From an uncultured Actinomycetes bacterium (lineage in GTDB: Bacteria > Actinomycetota > Thermoleophilia > UBA2241), in NCBI GenBank assembly GCA_963725665.1, contig CAVRZA010000011.1:416001-480000 (forward strand): a DNA stretch of 64,000 nt. Reading direction: 5' to 3'. Every line of letters begins with the position of its first letter. Position 1 is the first letter of the stretch. The notes under the pieces are model-generated. The model did no database searches, was not told the origin of the DNA, and saw only the letters and a list, made by a program, of their open reading frames with translations. This document shows positions 21,093 to 31,479 of the stretch, in pieces. A program made the position numbers and the translations under genes.

Positions 21093-22703
21093 ATGAGACG
21101 TAGTACGTACGCACTTCTCCTCGCCACGCTGACGATCGGCGCCGTCTTCGGCTTCGTCGCTCAGGCTCGCTCCGCGGACCCCGTCTCCGACCCCACCCCT
21201 CCGGTGGGCAAGGTCTCTTTGCCGGCCGCGGTGAACACTTCCGAGGTCACCGTCACGCTCGATCTCGGCGACCCCGAGTCGGGTCTCGTCGCCGTCAGGG
21301 TGAGCAACGACGGTGCGACCTTCGGGGAGTGGACCACTCCGCCGAGCCCAGCGGCCGGCGGCACCGCGAGCGTCATGCCGTGGGTCCTCAGCGACGGCGA
21401 CGGGCCCAAGACCGTGACCGTCGAGGCGCGCAACGACGGCGGCGCGGTGTCGAGCTTCACGGCGACCACCGTTCTCGACACCGCGCCGCCGCTCGTCACG
21501 GGCAGCGAACCGCCGAGCGGCGCGGCGCTCGCGACGCCGCCCACCCTGATCGTGGTGCACTACTCCGAGCCGCTGGCCACATCGCCGCTGCCGACGGCTG
21601 TGATGCCCGGCGGGCCCCTCTTCACGGTCACGGTGAGCGGCGCCGACGTGAAGCTCAAGCCGCGCAAGGCCATCGTGCCCGGAGCCGCCTACCAGTTGAC
21701 GCTCGACGGTGCGCGCGACCTGGCGGGCAACGCGGCGGCGCCGGCGCAGGTCGACTTCACGGTCGACCAGGGGGCGACGACGCTCACGGCGTCCGCCTCA
21801 CCGACGACGGTCGTGTACGGCAAGCTGACGATCATCAAAGGCAGGCTCAGCAGGGCCGGCGCGCCCGTCGTGCTCTACCGCCAGAAGGCGGGCGAGACGA
21901 CCTTCACGCGCATCGCCGGCAAGACGAGCTCGGCGACCGGCGCCTTCACCTTCCGGCGCACGCCGGTCGCCGCCACGACCTACCGCCTCGAGTACGCGGG
22001 CGACGAGCACTGGCTCCCGGCGGCGACTGAGGTGACGGTGAGGGTGAGGCCAAAGATCACGCTGAGGGCTACACCGCAGGAGTTCTTTCTCGGCAGGCGC
22101 ACCGTCCTGAGAGGCGTCGTCGCGCCCGCTCACCCCGGCGCCACGGTGGTCGTGCAGCGCCCTGTGGGGGGAACGTGGACGGACTGGCGTACGCTCACGC
22201 TGGACGACTCGTCGGCGTTCTCGACGAGCTTCAAGCCGAAACGCTGGGGCTTGCGCTACTTCCGCGTGCGCATCGCTGCCGACGCCGACCACGCGGCCGG
22301 CCTCAGCCCCAGGCTGCGGGTGGTCGTCGACAACCCGAACCCGCACCACATCTCGATGCTCTTCAAGCACTTCATCGTGATCGACATCAGCGAATGTCAC
22401 CTCTACTACTACGAGACGGGACGAGTGCTGCGGCGCATCGACGTGGTGATCGGCAAGCCGTCGACGCCGACGCCCAGGGGCCAGTGGGCCGTCTACACGA
22501 AGTCGGCGCACCCGGGCGGGCCGTTCGGGGCCTACGTGATGTTCTACTACCGCGGCTACGGCATCCACGGCACCAACGAACCTTGGCTCCTGTCGCTCTG
22601 GCCGCGGTACTACTCGCACGGCTGCTGCCGCATGTCGAACGCCAACATCACCTGGCTCTGGCCGCAGTGTCCCATCGGGACGCCGGTGCGCAACGTCTAC
22701 TAG
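21093..22703 (+). CDS. L,D-transpeptidase (YkuD) with Ig-like domains
   Basis: TPTPRG, GIHGT...SHGCCRM; signal peptide. Confidence 0.88.
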   Translation: MRRSTYALLLATLTIGAVFGFVAQARSADPVSDPTPPVGKVSLPAAVNTSEVTVTLDLGDPESGLVAVRVSNDGATFGEWTTPPSPAAGGTASVMPWVLSDGDGPKTVTVEARNDGGAVSSFTATTVLDTAPPLVTGSEPPSGAALATPPTLIVVHYSEPLATSPLPTAVMPGGPLFTVTVSGADVKLKPRKAIVPGAAYQLTLDGARDLAGNAAAPAQVDFTVDQGATTLTASASPTTVVYGKLTIIKGRLSRAGAPVVLYRQKAGETTFTRIAGKTSSATGAFTFRRTPVAATTYRLEYAGDEHWLPAATEVTVRVRPKITLRATPQEFFLGRRTVLRGVVAPAHPGATVVVQRPVGGTWTDWRTLTLDDSSAFSTSFKPKRWGLRYFRVRIAADADHAAGLSPRLRVVVDNPNPHHISMLFKHFIVIDISECHLYYYETGRVLRRIDVVIGKPSTPTPRGQWAVYTKSAHPGGPFGAYVMFYYRGYGIHGTNEPWLLSLWPRYYSHGCCRMSNANITWLWPQCPIGTPVRNVY

Positions 22704-22715
22704 GTCCAGCCGCCC

Positions 22716-23717
22716 TCAGGCGAGCCCGCGGTACTGCGCCGCGTAGTACTGCCTCCACTCGCCGGACTTGATCTTGCCCCACCACCATTCGTTCTCCGCG
22801 TACCACCGCACGGTGGCCGCAAGACCCTCGTCGAACGGGATGCGCGGTGTCCAGCCCAGACCGCGGAGACGCGAGCAGTCGAGCGCGTAACGTCGGTCGT
22901 GCCCCGGTCTGTCGTTCACGAAGCGGATCAGGTCATCGCCCTTGCTCAGGAGCCGTAGCACCTGCCGGATAAGAGTGAGGTTGGTGCGCTCGTTGCCGCC
23001 CCCGACGTTGTAGATCGTACCCTCGTGGCCTCGCCGCAGGATCAGGTCGATGGCGCGGCAGTTATCGTCGACGTGGATCCAATCGCGTGTCTGCAGGCCG
23101 TCCCCGTACACCGGCAGGAGCTGGTCTGCGAGGGCGTTGGTGACGAAGAGCGGGATCAGCTTCTCGGGGTACTGGTTGGGGCCATAGTTGTTGGAACTGC
23201 GCGTGATGAGGACGGGTAGACCGAAGGTGGTCGCGGCGGCCAAAACGAGCATGTCGGCGCCCGCCTTGCTGGCCGAGTAGGGGCTCGAGGGCTTCAGGGG
23301 GTCTGCTTCGCTGAAGGCGCCCTCGTCGATCGACCCGTAGACCTCGTCGGTGGACACCTGTAGGTACCGCGCCACCCCGTGCCGGCGAGCCGCCTCGAGG
23401 AGCACGTGCGTGCCGAGCACGTCGGTGCGGATGAAGTCCTGCGGACCTGTGATCGAGCGATCGACATGGGTCTCGGCGGCGAAGTTCACGACCGCGTCGG
23501 CGCCGCGGACGACGGCGTCGACGACCTCGGGGTCGCAGATGTCGCCCTTGACGAATGTGTAGCGCGCCTCGCCCTCGACGTCGCGCAGGTTGTCGAGGTT
23601 GCCGGCGTAGGTGAGCTTGTCGAGGTTGACCACCTCGTCGTCGGGGTGCTCGCGCAGGAGGAGGCGGATGAAGTGCGAGCCGATGAAGCCCGCGCCGCCG
23701 GTGACCGTGATCTTCAC
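22716..23717 (-). CDS. rfbB: dTDP-glucose 4,6-dehydratase
   Basis: VTGGAGFIGS, AAETHVDRS, STDEVYG, SPYSASKA, DRPGHDRRY. Confidence 0.96.
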   Translation of the reverse strand: MKITVTGGAGFIGSHFIRLLLREHPDDEVVNLDKLTYAGNLDNLRDVEGEARYTFVKGDICDPEVVDAVVRGADAVVNFAAETHVDRSITGPQDFIRTDVLGTHVLLEAARRHGVARYLQVSTDEVYGSIDEGAFSEADPLKPSSPYSASKAGADMLVLAAATTFGLPVLITRSSNNYGPNQYPEKLIPLFVTNALADQLLPVYGDGLQTRDWIHVDDNCRAIDLILRRGHEGTIYNVGGGNERTNLTLIRQVLRLLSKGDDLIRFVNDRPGHDRRYALDCSRLRGLGWTPRIPFDEGLAATVRWYAENEWWWGKIKSGEWRQYYAAQYRGLA

Positions 23718-23790
23718 GTCCCCCTCCCCTTTCTCAGGCGCCAAGCGGACGGACGCGCGCGGGCATCGTCGCGGTCCGCGCGGCCCGCCT

Positions 23791-24651
23791 TCACGGCAGC
23801 TCGGCGAGCAGTTCGTCCATGACCGCGCGCACGCCCTCAAGCCAGTGCGGCAGGGAGGGCACGTCGCGCTCGCTGCGCAGAGCCGAGTAGGCGGGCCGCG
23901 CCGCGGCGCGGCCCGCCTCACTCGTCGTGATCGGCACCACCGTAACGTCGAGGCCGGCCAGCTCGACGACCTCGCGCGCGAGGTCGCACCACGTGCACTC
24001 GCCGGCACCGGCCATGTGGACGATGCCGGGGTCGAGGCCGTGCCAGAAGGCCTGCTGCACGGCCTCAGCGAGGTGGCCGGCGTAGGTCGGCGAGCCCACC
24101 TGGTCATCGACGACCCGCAGCGGCTCCGATGAGCCCGTCTTCGCGCGCCGGCGGGCCTCGCTCAAGATCGTCGTGACGAAGTTGCGGCCGGTGGCCGAGA
24201 AGAGCCACGCCGTGCGCACGACCGTGCCGCGCACCCAGGCGAGCGCCTCACGCTCGCCGGCGAGCTTGGTGCGCCCGTAGGCGTTCACTGGATCGGGCTC
24301 GTCGTGTTCGACGTACGGTGAGTCCTTCGTGCCGTCGAAGACGTAGTCGGTCGAGAAGTAGACCACGTGCGCCTTGGTGCCGCGCACGGCCTCGATCACG
24401 TTGCGGGTCCCGAGCGAGTTGACCGCGAAGGCCGTCTCTTCGTCGGCCTCCGCACCGTCGACGTCCGTGTAGCCAGCCGTGTGCAACACGACGTCGGGGG
24501 CGAAGCCGCGCACGGCGGTGGCGACGCCGCGCGCGTCGCGGATGTCGAGCGCCGCCTCGCGGGCGATGAAGACATCGCCCGCGAGGCGGCGCTCGAACTC
24601 CGTCGCCAGCTGGCCGCCACCGCCGGTCACGAACCAGCGCGTGAGGCTCAC
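23791..24651 (-). CDS. rfbD: dTDP-4-dehydrorhamnose reductase
   Basis: TGGGGQL, STDYVFDG, YGRTKLAGE, DDQVGSPT, RPAYSAL. Confidence 0.94.
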   Translation of the reverse strand: MSLTRWFVTGGGGQLATEFERRLAGDVFIAREAALDIRDARGVATAVRGFAPDVVLHTAGYTDVDGAEADEETAFAVNSLGTRNVIEAVRGTKAHVVYFSTDYVFDGTKDSPYVEHDEPDPVNAYGRTKLAGEREALAWVRGTVVRTAWLFSATGRNFVTTILSEARRRAKTGSSEPLRVVDDQVGSPTYAGHLAEAVQQAFWHGLDPGIVHMAGAGECTWCDLAREVVELAGLDVTVVPITTSEAGRAAARPAYSALRSERDVPSLPHWLEGVRAVMDELLAELP

Positions 24652-24697
24652 GCGGCGCGCCCTGTGCTCGGCGGCGCGAATGTCTGCCCCGACGCGC

Positions 24698-25153
24698 TCA
24701 GCGGAACTTCACCCCCCAGTCGTAGGGGATCTGCGGCGTGTCGGGCGGCAGCTCCTCCTGATCGGGCTGCTCGTAGTGATAGACCTCGGTCGGCGCGTTG
24801 ACGATGAACGCTTCCTCCGTGCCGACACACTTCCAGCCATGGTAGACGCCGGGCGGCACGCGCACGAGCAGCGGCCGCTGCTCGCCCAGGAAGTGCTCCT
24901 CGAGAGCGCCGTTGCTGGGCGAGCCCTCACGGGCGTCGTAGAGCACGAGCTTGATCATGCCGCTGACGCAGACGATGTTGTCCCACTGCACGCGGTGCAG
25001 GTGCCAGCCCTTCACGACACCGGGGTACGTGGTGGTCATGTAGAGCTGGCCGAACTTGATGAAGAGCTCGTCGTCGGAGCGCAGGCACTCCATCAGACGA
25101 CCCCGCTCGTCGGGAATCACCCGCAACTGCTTGGTCATCACGCCCTCGATCAC
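24698..25153 (-). CDS. rfbC: dTDP-4-dehydrorhamnose 3,5-epimerase family protein
   Basis: DERG, PGVVKGWHLH, VPPGVYHG (cupin). Confidence 0.88.
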   Translation of the reverse strand: MIEGVMTKQLRVIPDERGRLMECLRSDDELFIKFGQLYMTTTYPGVVKGWHLHRVQWDNIVCVSGMIKLVLYDAREGSPSNGALEEHFLGEQRPLLVRVPPGVYHGWKCVGTEEAFIVNAPTEVYHYEQPDQEELPPDTPQIPYDWGVKFR

Positions 25154-25220
25154 CCGCCTGCCTCCTCGTCACCTGGGATCGCGCGGGACCTCGGGGCCGC
25201 TTTCGATCTCCCGGTGGGCG

Positions 25221-26285
25221 TCACAGGACGCCGATCTGACTCGACTCGCCGACCATGAAACGGTAGGCGACCGGCCGCGCATCGGAGCGGCCGATGGTGC
25301 AGTTCTTGCCGATCAGGCTGTCGGCTATCCGTGCGTTCAGGCGCGCGATGTGGCTGCCGGCGAGGACAATGGAGTGCTCGATCTCGGCGCCCTCGATGAC
25401 GACTCCGCAATCGATGGCCGTGTAGGGTCCGATGAAGGTGTCCGCGATGACGCAGTCGGCGCCGATGACGGCCGGCCCGCGCACGGTGCAGCGCTCGAGG
25501 CGCGTCCGCTCGGCGATGACCACCTGGCCCTCCAGCTGCGTGTCGATGAGCTCGCCCCTGACGTCGCTCTCGATGGTGCTCAGGATGAGTCGGTTCGCCT
25601 CGAGGATGTCCTCGAGCTTGCCGGTGTCCTTCCACCAGCCGCTGACGATGTGCGACTCCACGCGCAGGCCGCGATCGACCATGTCCTGGATGGCGTCGGT
25701 GATCTCGAGCTCCCCGCGGCTCGAGGGTCTGATCGCCTTCGCGCTGGCGAAGATCGCGCTGGTGAACAGGTACACCCCCACCAGCGCGAGGTCGCTGCGC
25801 GGCTGCGCCGGCTTCTCGGCCAGCCGCGTGACGACGCCCTCGGGGCTGAGCTCCGCGACGCCGTAGGACTGCGGGTCGTCGACCTTCTGCAGGAGGATGA
25901 GCGCGTCGGGTCGGCTCTCGGCGAAACGCTCGACGAAGCGGACGATGCCCTCCTTGAGCAGGTTGTCGCCGAGGTACATGACGAAGGGCTCGTCGCCCAG
26001 GAAGTCCTCGGCGATGAGGAGGGCGTGGGCCAGGCCCAGGGGCGCCTCCTGGGGGATGTAGGTGACCTGCAGCCCCCAGCGGCTGCCGTCGCCCACGGCG
26101 GCCTCGATCTCGGCGCGCGTGTCTCCGACGACGACGCCGACCTCGCGGATGCCGGCGTCGCGCATCGCCTCGAGGCCGTAGAAGAGGACCGGCTTGTTGG
26201 CCACGGGGACGAGCTGCTTGGCGGACGTGTGGGTGATGGGGCGCAGGCGCGTCCCCGCCCCGCCGCTCAGGATGAGACCCTTCAC
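25221..26285 (-). CDS. rfbA: Glucose-1-phosphate thymidylyltransferase (long form)
   Basis: LSGGAGTRLRPIT, KQLVPVANKP, PLGLAHA, RGELEITDA, WKDTG. Confidence 0.95.
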   Translation of the reverse strand: MKGLILSGGAGTRLRPITHTSAKQLVPVANKPVLFYGLEAMRDAGIREVGVVVGDTRAEIEAAVGDGSRWGLQVTYIPQEAPLGLAHALLIAEDFLGDEPFVMYLGDNLLKEGIVRFVERFAESRPDALILLQKVDDPQSYGVAELSPEGVVTRLAEKPAQPRSDLALVGVYLFTSAIFASAKAIRPSSRGELEITDAIQDMVDRGLRVESHIVSGWWKDTGKLEDILEANRLILSTIESDVRGELIDTQLEGQVVIAERTRLERCTVRGPAVIGADCVIADTFIGPYTAIDCGVVIEGAEIEHSIVLAGSHIARLNARIADSLIGKNCTIGRSDARPVAYRFMVGESSQIGVL

Positions 26286-26336
26286 GCCAGCCCCCCTATC
26301 TCAGCGGTCGCGGGTAACGGAGAGAGGCCTCGCGGC

Positions 26337-26612
26337 CTAGATGGACTCGTAGTCGTCGAGCTCCTCGTCGCTCTCGGTGGAGATCAGATCGAGGACGTTC
26401 TCCGCGTCGACTGCCTTGCCCATGAACACGACGCTCGGCCCGGCGTAGACGGTCACCTTGTCGCCCGGCTTGAACACGACGGGGGCGCCGGCTCTCCTGA
26501 CGTTGGTCAGGGTGGAATGGTCGAGATCGCGCACGACCTCGCAGGAGTCGATCTCGAACGGCTCGTCGTCGTCGATCTGCAGACGGGGCTCTCTGTCCTT
26601 CTCGATGAGCAC
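26337..26612 (-). CDS. Small acidic hypothetical protein
   Basis: High-GC3 codon usage; TATAAT 9 nt upstream of GTG. Confidence 0.7.
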   Translation of the reverse strand: MLIEKDREPRLQIDDDEPFEIDSCEVVRDLDHSTLTNVRRAGAPVVFKPGDKVTVYAGPSVVFMGKAVDAENVLDLISTESDEELDDYESI

Positions 26613-26852
26613 GATGGCGGGATTATAGCAGTCGCACCGTTCGCGCCCTGTTCCGGTGATGCGGTCGGGGAGTGCGGGTCGTCAAAGGGACGGAGTCATG
26701 AGTCGTCGCGTGTGCGCGAAGATGGACTCCAAACCCTCGATAGGTATCATTGAGGGCCAAGGCGGGGTCGAGCGCGCCGGGGACGGCGCCCGCTGGAGCT
26801 GGCGGTCCGTCCGCGCTCCTCCCGTTGCCGCAGGGACGACAGGAAAGGGGGT

Positions 26853-28736
26853 ATGGGGATCATGCGGAGTCTGCTTCGTCCGCACGAGGGCCGCCGACGT
26901 TGGGCACTGCTGCTCGTGGTGCCGCTTCTGCTCACGGCGGGTCTGCTCTGGGGTCTGACCAGCGCTCTCGCCGAGAGCGCCAGCCCGTCACCGGCGGCTG
27001 GCAAGGTCGTGCTGCACGTCGGCATCGCCAGCAGCAAGTTCGACACCCTCAATCCATTCACCGGCTACGCGACGCCGTCCTACGAGGTCTGGCACCTCAA
27101 CTACGACATGCTCTACGGTTACTCGGCGAAGGACCTCGCGCCGGTCCCCGAGCTGGCTGCCGAGATGCCGCAGGTCTCGCCCGACGGCAAGACGGTCACG
27201 GTCAAGTTGCGCTCCGGTGTGAAATGGCAGGACGGCGTGCCCTTCACGGCCAAGGACGTGGCCTTCACCTACAACTACGTCATCGACAACCACCTGGGCT
27301 ACGTGAGCGGCTACACGCTGCTCATCAAGAGCGTCGAGGCGCTCGACGACACGACGGTGGTCTTCCACCTGAGCAAGCCGAAGGCCAACTTCGAGCGCAT
27401 GTGGGTCGTCATCCTGCCCGAGCACATCTGGAGCAAGGTACCGCCCAAGGCGGCCGCGAACACGTTCGCCAACAAGCCGCCCATCATCGGCACGGGGCCC
27501 TTCGAGACCGTGCGTACCGAGGGCGGCCTGCAGACCGTCGTCATGGACGCCAACCCGGACTACTGGCGCGGTCGCCCGAAGATCGACGAGATCGTCTTCA
27601 ACGTCTACGAGAATCCCGACAACATGGTCGCCGACCTGCGCTCCGGCGCCATCGACGTCGCCTACGGTGTGCCACCGGCGCAGATGCCCGGCCTCAAGTC
27701 CGACTCGAACGTGGCGGCGATCGCATACGTCACCAGGACGTTCAACTACCTGGGCATGAACTGCTACGCGAAGCCCACGTCGTTGGGCAACCCAGTACTT
27801 CGCGATCCGCGGTTCCGGCAGGCGCTCAACTGGGCCGTCGACAAGCAGCGCCTCATCCAAACGGCGGAGATGGGGTTCGCCGTGCCTGGCGACACCGTGG
27901 TCGTCGGGGCGAAGTATGGGAGCATCGACTACCACTACACCGTGCCGAACGACCAGAAGTTCACGTTCGACCTCAATAAGGCGAAGGCGGCCCTCGACGC
28001 GGCCGGCTACACCGACACCAACGGCGACGGCATACGCGACTACAAGGGCAAGGACATCGAGCTGCGCCTCTGGGCGCGCAATCAGTCGGACTACAGCCAG
28101 AAGGTAGGCCGGCTGCTGACGGGCTGGCTCGAGAGCATCGGTCTCAAGATCGACTTCTCCGTCATGGACGAGGGGGTGATCAACGACCGCCTCTACAACA
28201 CGACGAAGTCCGGCGCCTACGCGCCCGACTACGACGTGTACATCTGGGACTGGTTCGGCTACGCGGACCCCGGTGACACGCTGGTCTCGTGGACTACCCA
28301 GCAGATCTACAACGGCTGGAACGACGCCTGCTGGTCGAACCCGCAGTACGACACGCTGTTCGACCAGCAGCAGTCGATGGTCGACCTGCAGACCGGCGCC
28401 TTCGACAACGTCCCCAGGCGCGACGTGGTCTGGCAGATGCAGGACATCTTCTACAAGGACAGCCCCTACATCGTCCTCGACTACCCGCAGACCCTCGAGG
28501 CCTACAACACCTCCAAGTGGGAGGGCTGGGTGCGGCCTAGCAACGAGGGCGTCGTCATGCTCAACGACAACATCGACACCTACCTCTCCGTCCATCCCAA
28601 GACCGCCGCGGCAACGACGGGAGGCGGCAGCAACACTGCCGCCATCGTGGGCGGCGTCATCGCCGCCGCCGTAGTCGTCGGTGTGATTGTTTGGCTGGTG
28701 CGTCGCCGTCGCGGGCCGAGGGCTGAAGAGGTGTGA
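26853..28736 (+). CDS. Orphan family-5 (peptide) ABC substrate-binding protein with C-terminal TM anchor
   Basis: LNPF, KWQDGVPFTAKDVAFT, IGTGPF; hydrophobic C-terminus followed by RRRR. Confidence 0.9.
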   Translation: MGIMRSLLRPHEGRRRWALLLVVPLLLTAGLLWGLTSALAESASPSPAAGKVVLHVGIASSKFDTLNPFTGYATPSYEVWHLNYDMLYGYSAKDLAPVPELAAEMPQVSPDGKTVTVKLRSGVKWQDGVPFTAKDVAFTYNYVIDNHLGYVSGYTLLIKSVEALDDTTVVFHLSKPKANFERMWVVILPEHIWSKVPPKAAANTFANKPPIIGTGPFETVRTEGGLQTVVMDANPDYWRGRPKIDEIVFNVYENPDNMVADLRSGAIDVAYGVPPAQMPGLKSDSNVAAIAYVTRTFNYLGMNCYAKPTSLGNPVLRDPRFRQALNWAVDKQRLIQTAEMGFAVPGDTVVVGAKYGSIDYHYTVPNDQKFTFDLNKAKAALDAAGYTDTNGDGIRDYKGKDIELRLWARNQSDYSQKVGRLLTGWLESIGLKIDFSVMDEGVINDRLYNTTKSGAYAPDYDVYIWDWFGYADPGDTLVSWTTQQIYNGWNDACWSNPQYDTLFDQQQSMVDLQTGAFDNVPRRDVVWQMQDIFYKDSPYIVLDYPQTLEAYNTSKWEGWVRPSNEGVVMLNDNIDTYLSVHPKTAAATTGGGSNTAAIVGGVIAAAVVVGVIVWLVRRRRGPRAEEV

Positions 28737-28787
28737 GCCTCCGCACGCAGCGGATTCCAGCGCCCTCGAGGTCTGGGGAAGGGGCGT

Positions 28788-28837
28788 GAACGAGCGGGGC
28801 GGCGGCCCTTCCTGAAGGGCCGCCGCCCCGCTCGTTC
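28788..28837. terminator. Long perfect GC hairpin between convergent genes
   Basis: GAACGAGCGGGGCGGCGGCCCTT / AAGGGCCGCCGCCCCGCTCGTTC, 23-bp stem. Confidence 0.8.
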
Positions 28838-28857
28838 GTCTCTCGCGCTACGCTAGG

Positions 28858-29367
28858 TCAGGCGAGCCCTGCCGCGAATGAGAGGTAGGGGCGCCAGGAG
28901 TCGTGGACGTCGTCGACCTGCAGCAGGATGAAGCCGAACGGCCCCGGCGTGCGCGGCGCGCGCCGAAGAGTCATGTTGGCGGCGTGAGGCAGCCGGTCGC
29001 CTTTGCGCAGGTTGCAGGGCGCGCATGAGGTGACGACGTTCTCCCAACTGTCGTCGCCGCCTTTGGAGCGCGGGACCACGTGGTCGACCGTGAGGTGCTT
29101 GTCGCTGCCGCAGTACTGGCAGCGGTAGCGGTCGCGGGCGAAGACGGCGCGACGCGAGATGCGCTTGCTGGCCGCCCGCGGCACGTGCACGTAGTGACGC
29201 AGTCGGATGACGTGCGGGACGGCGTAGGTGCAGCGCTCGGAGCGGTAGTGGGTGCCGGAGCGCTCGAGGGTCTCCGCCTTGTCCTTGAGCAAGAGGACGA
29301 GGGCGCGCCTGGCCGAACACACGTTGAGCGGCTCATAGGTGGTGTTCAGCACCAAGACCTTCGACAT
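28858..29367 (-). CDS. HNH endonuclease
   Basis: VLVLN.TYEPL, RD.YRCQYCG, LTVDHVVPRSKGG, CAPCN.RKG. Confidence 0.93.
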   Translation of the reverse strand: MSKVLVLNTTYEPLNVCSARRALVLLLKDKAETLERSGTHYRSERCTYAVPHVIRLRHYVHVPRAASKRISRRAVFARDRYRCQYCGSDKHLTVDHVVPRSKGGDDSWENVVTSCAPCNLRKGDRLPHAANMTLRRAPRTPGPFGFILLQVDDVHDSWRPYLSFAAGLA

Positions 29368-29536
29368 CGCCACGAAATGATACCATCCGCGGCGCGATCG
29401 GCCTTGGGGGAGGGCGGGCGCGTCGGCGTGCCGGAGACGTTGGCGGCCCGGCGGGCGTCGCCCCTGTGAGCGCGGCGATGGCCCGGACCGGCGTGGGTCG
29501 TGTGAGCGCGGCGAAGGCGAGGGATACACTAGCCCC

Positions 29537-30904
29537 GTGCGCCCGAACCTCTTCGACACTCCCGACGAGCGGCGCGCGGCCGAGGCGCCGCTCGCGGCGC
29601 GCATGCGGCCGCGCGTCCTGTCCGAGTTCGTGGGACAGGAGGGCATCGTGGGAGCCGGCAGCGTGCTTCGCGCCGCCATCGAGCGCGGGGAGCTCTTCTC
29701 GATGCTCTTCTGGGGCCCGCCGGGGACGGGCAAGACGACCCTCGCGCGGGTGATCGCGGCCGAGACCGACGCGCGTTTCTCGCAGCTCTCGGCGGTGAGC
29801 GCCGGCACGGCCGACGTGCGCGCTGCCATCCAGGCCGCGCGCGAGGCGCGCGGCCTCTCGGGGCAGCGCAGCATCCTCTTCATCGATGAGATCCACCGCT
29901 TCAACAAGGCGCAGCAGGACGCCGTGCTGCCCGCGGTGGAAGACGGCGACGTCTACCTCATCGGGGCGACCACGGAGAACCCCTACTTCGAGGTCAACTC
30001 CGCCCTGCTCTCGCGCTGCCAGCTCTACCGCTTCGAGCCCCTGGGGCCGGAGGAGGTCGAGCTGCTCGTGCGCCGGGCGCTCGAAGAGCCCGAGCGTGGC
30101 CTCGGCGGCCTGCCGCTGAGCGTCGGCGACGAAGAGGTCGCCTTCCTCGTCGAGGTGGCGCACGGTGACGCGCGCGTGGCGCTCAACGCCCTCGAGGCCG
30201 CCGCGCGCGCCCGCGGCGCGGCGCGCGGCGGTCCCGTCGTCGTCCTCACGCTCGACGACCTGCGCGACGCCGCCCAGAAGAGCCCGGTGACCTACGACCG
30301 CGAGGACGCCCACTACGACACCATCTCGGCCTTCATCAAGTCGATGCGTGGCAGCGACCCCGACGCCGTGGAGTACTACCTCGCCTCGATGCTCGCCGGG
30401 GGCGAGGATCCCAAGTTCATCGCGCGCCGCATCATCATCTTCGCCAGCGAGGACGTCGGAAACGCCGATCCCCGGGCCCTCGAGGTTGCCGTGGCGGCGG
30501 CGCGGGCCGTGGAGTTCGTCGGCATGCCCGAGTGTCGCATCAACCTGAGCCAAGCGGCCTTGTACATGGCGCTGGCGCCCAAGAGCAACGCCGCCTACAC
30601 GGCGATCGACGCGGCGCTCGCCGACGTGCGCCGCGAGGGCAACGAGCCGCCGCCCATCGATCTGCGCGATGCTAACTACCCCGGTTCGAAGAAGCTCGGC
30701 CACGGCGCGGGCTACAAATACCCGCACTCGTTCGGCGGCTGGGTGCAGCAGCAGTACCTGCCCGACAAAGCCGCCGGGCGGCGCTACTTCGCTCCTCGAG
30801 CCGGGCGCGAGATGGAGATGGCTCGCCGGCTCGAGGAGCTCAAGCGCCGCCTCCAGCCAGGCTCAGAGGCTAAAGCGGAGCCGCCCGACAGCCGAGACAA
30901 GTAG
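29537..30904 (+). CDS. rarA: Replication-associated recombination protein A
   Basis: PLAARMRP, GPPGTGKTT, DEIHRFNKAQQD, ISAFIKSMRGSDPDA. Confidence 0.96.
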   Translation: MRPNLFDTPDERRAAEAPLAARMRPRVLSEFVGQEGIVGAGSVLRAAIERGELFSMLFWGPPGTGKTTLARVIAAETDARFSQLSAVSAGTADVRAAIQAAREARGLSGQRSILFIDEIHRFNKAQQDAVLPAVEDGDVYLIGATTENPYFEVNSALLSRCQLYRFEPLGPEEVELLVRRALEEPERGLGGLPLSVGDEEVAFLVEVAHGDARVALNALEAAARARGAARGGPVVVLTLDDLRDAAQKSPVTYDREDAHYDTISAFIKSMRGSDPDAVEYYLASMLAGGEDPKFIARRIIIFASEDVGNADPRALEVAVAAARAVEFVGMPECRINLSQAALYMALAPKSNAAYTAIDAALADVRREGNEPPPIDLRDANYPGSKKLGHGAGYKYPHSFGGWVQQQYLPDKAAGRRYFAPRAGREMEMARRLEELKRRLQPGSEAKAEPPDSRDK

Positions 30905-30909
30905 CCGGG

Positions 30910-31308
30910 ATGGGCAGCATGGTCGCTATCTGGCTGGCGTTCTTCGCCGCTGCCGCGGTGGCGCTCTGCGTCGTGTGGTGGCTGGCTGGGCGTGCCAAGC
31001 GCAAGCTCGACGCAGACAGCAAGAACGATCGCCGCCACCTTATCTCCGACCTCGACGTGCCGCCGGCGATCGCCAGCCGGCTGGCCGAGTTCACTCCGGA
31101 GCCGATCTTCCTCAAGCAGGGCGACGACGGCGTGCGCGTGCAGCTCGAGAACAAGCCGTTCATCCCGCTCCACTTCCTGACCGACCAGGGCACCGCCGGC
31201 GCGATGCGCCAGGTCGCGCTTGCCGTCAGCCAGCGGTTCGGACCGCGCTGGGCATGCCTGGTGACCGCGCGTCCCGACGGCAAGGTGACCATTCGCCGCC
31301 TGACCTAG
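30910..31308 (+). CDS. Hypothetical protein with N-terminal TM helix
   Basis: ORF directly follows rarA; typical codon usage. Confidence 0.7.
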   Translation: MGSMVAIWLAFFAAAAVALCVVWWLAGRAKRKLDADSKNDRRHLISDLDVPPAIASRLAEFTPEPIFLKQGDDGVRVQLENKPFIPLHFLTDQGTAGAMRQVALAVSQRFGPRWACLVTARPDGKVTIRRLT

Positions 31309-31479
31309 CCGCCTCGCCCGATTGCGGCCGCCTCACCTGAGAGGGCAAGTCCTTCCCGTCTCGTATACAGGACTGTACACGGCTCAAGAATCCTGTAGAT
31401 TCTGTCGAAGAACACGAGGCTGGCCGGGCCGACGTCTGGCGACATGTGAGAAGCGCTGGGGAGCGCTCAAGGAGGCACG

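Noticed and set aside
28858-29367. HNH endonuclease as a defence or mobile system
   Set aside because: Belongs to a common stand-alone small HNH family; no methylase, repeats or mobility signals nearby.
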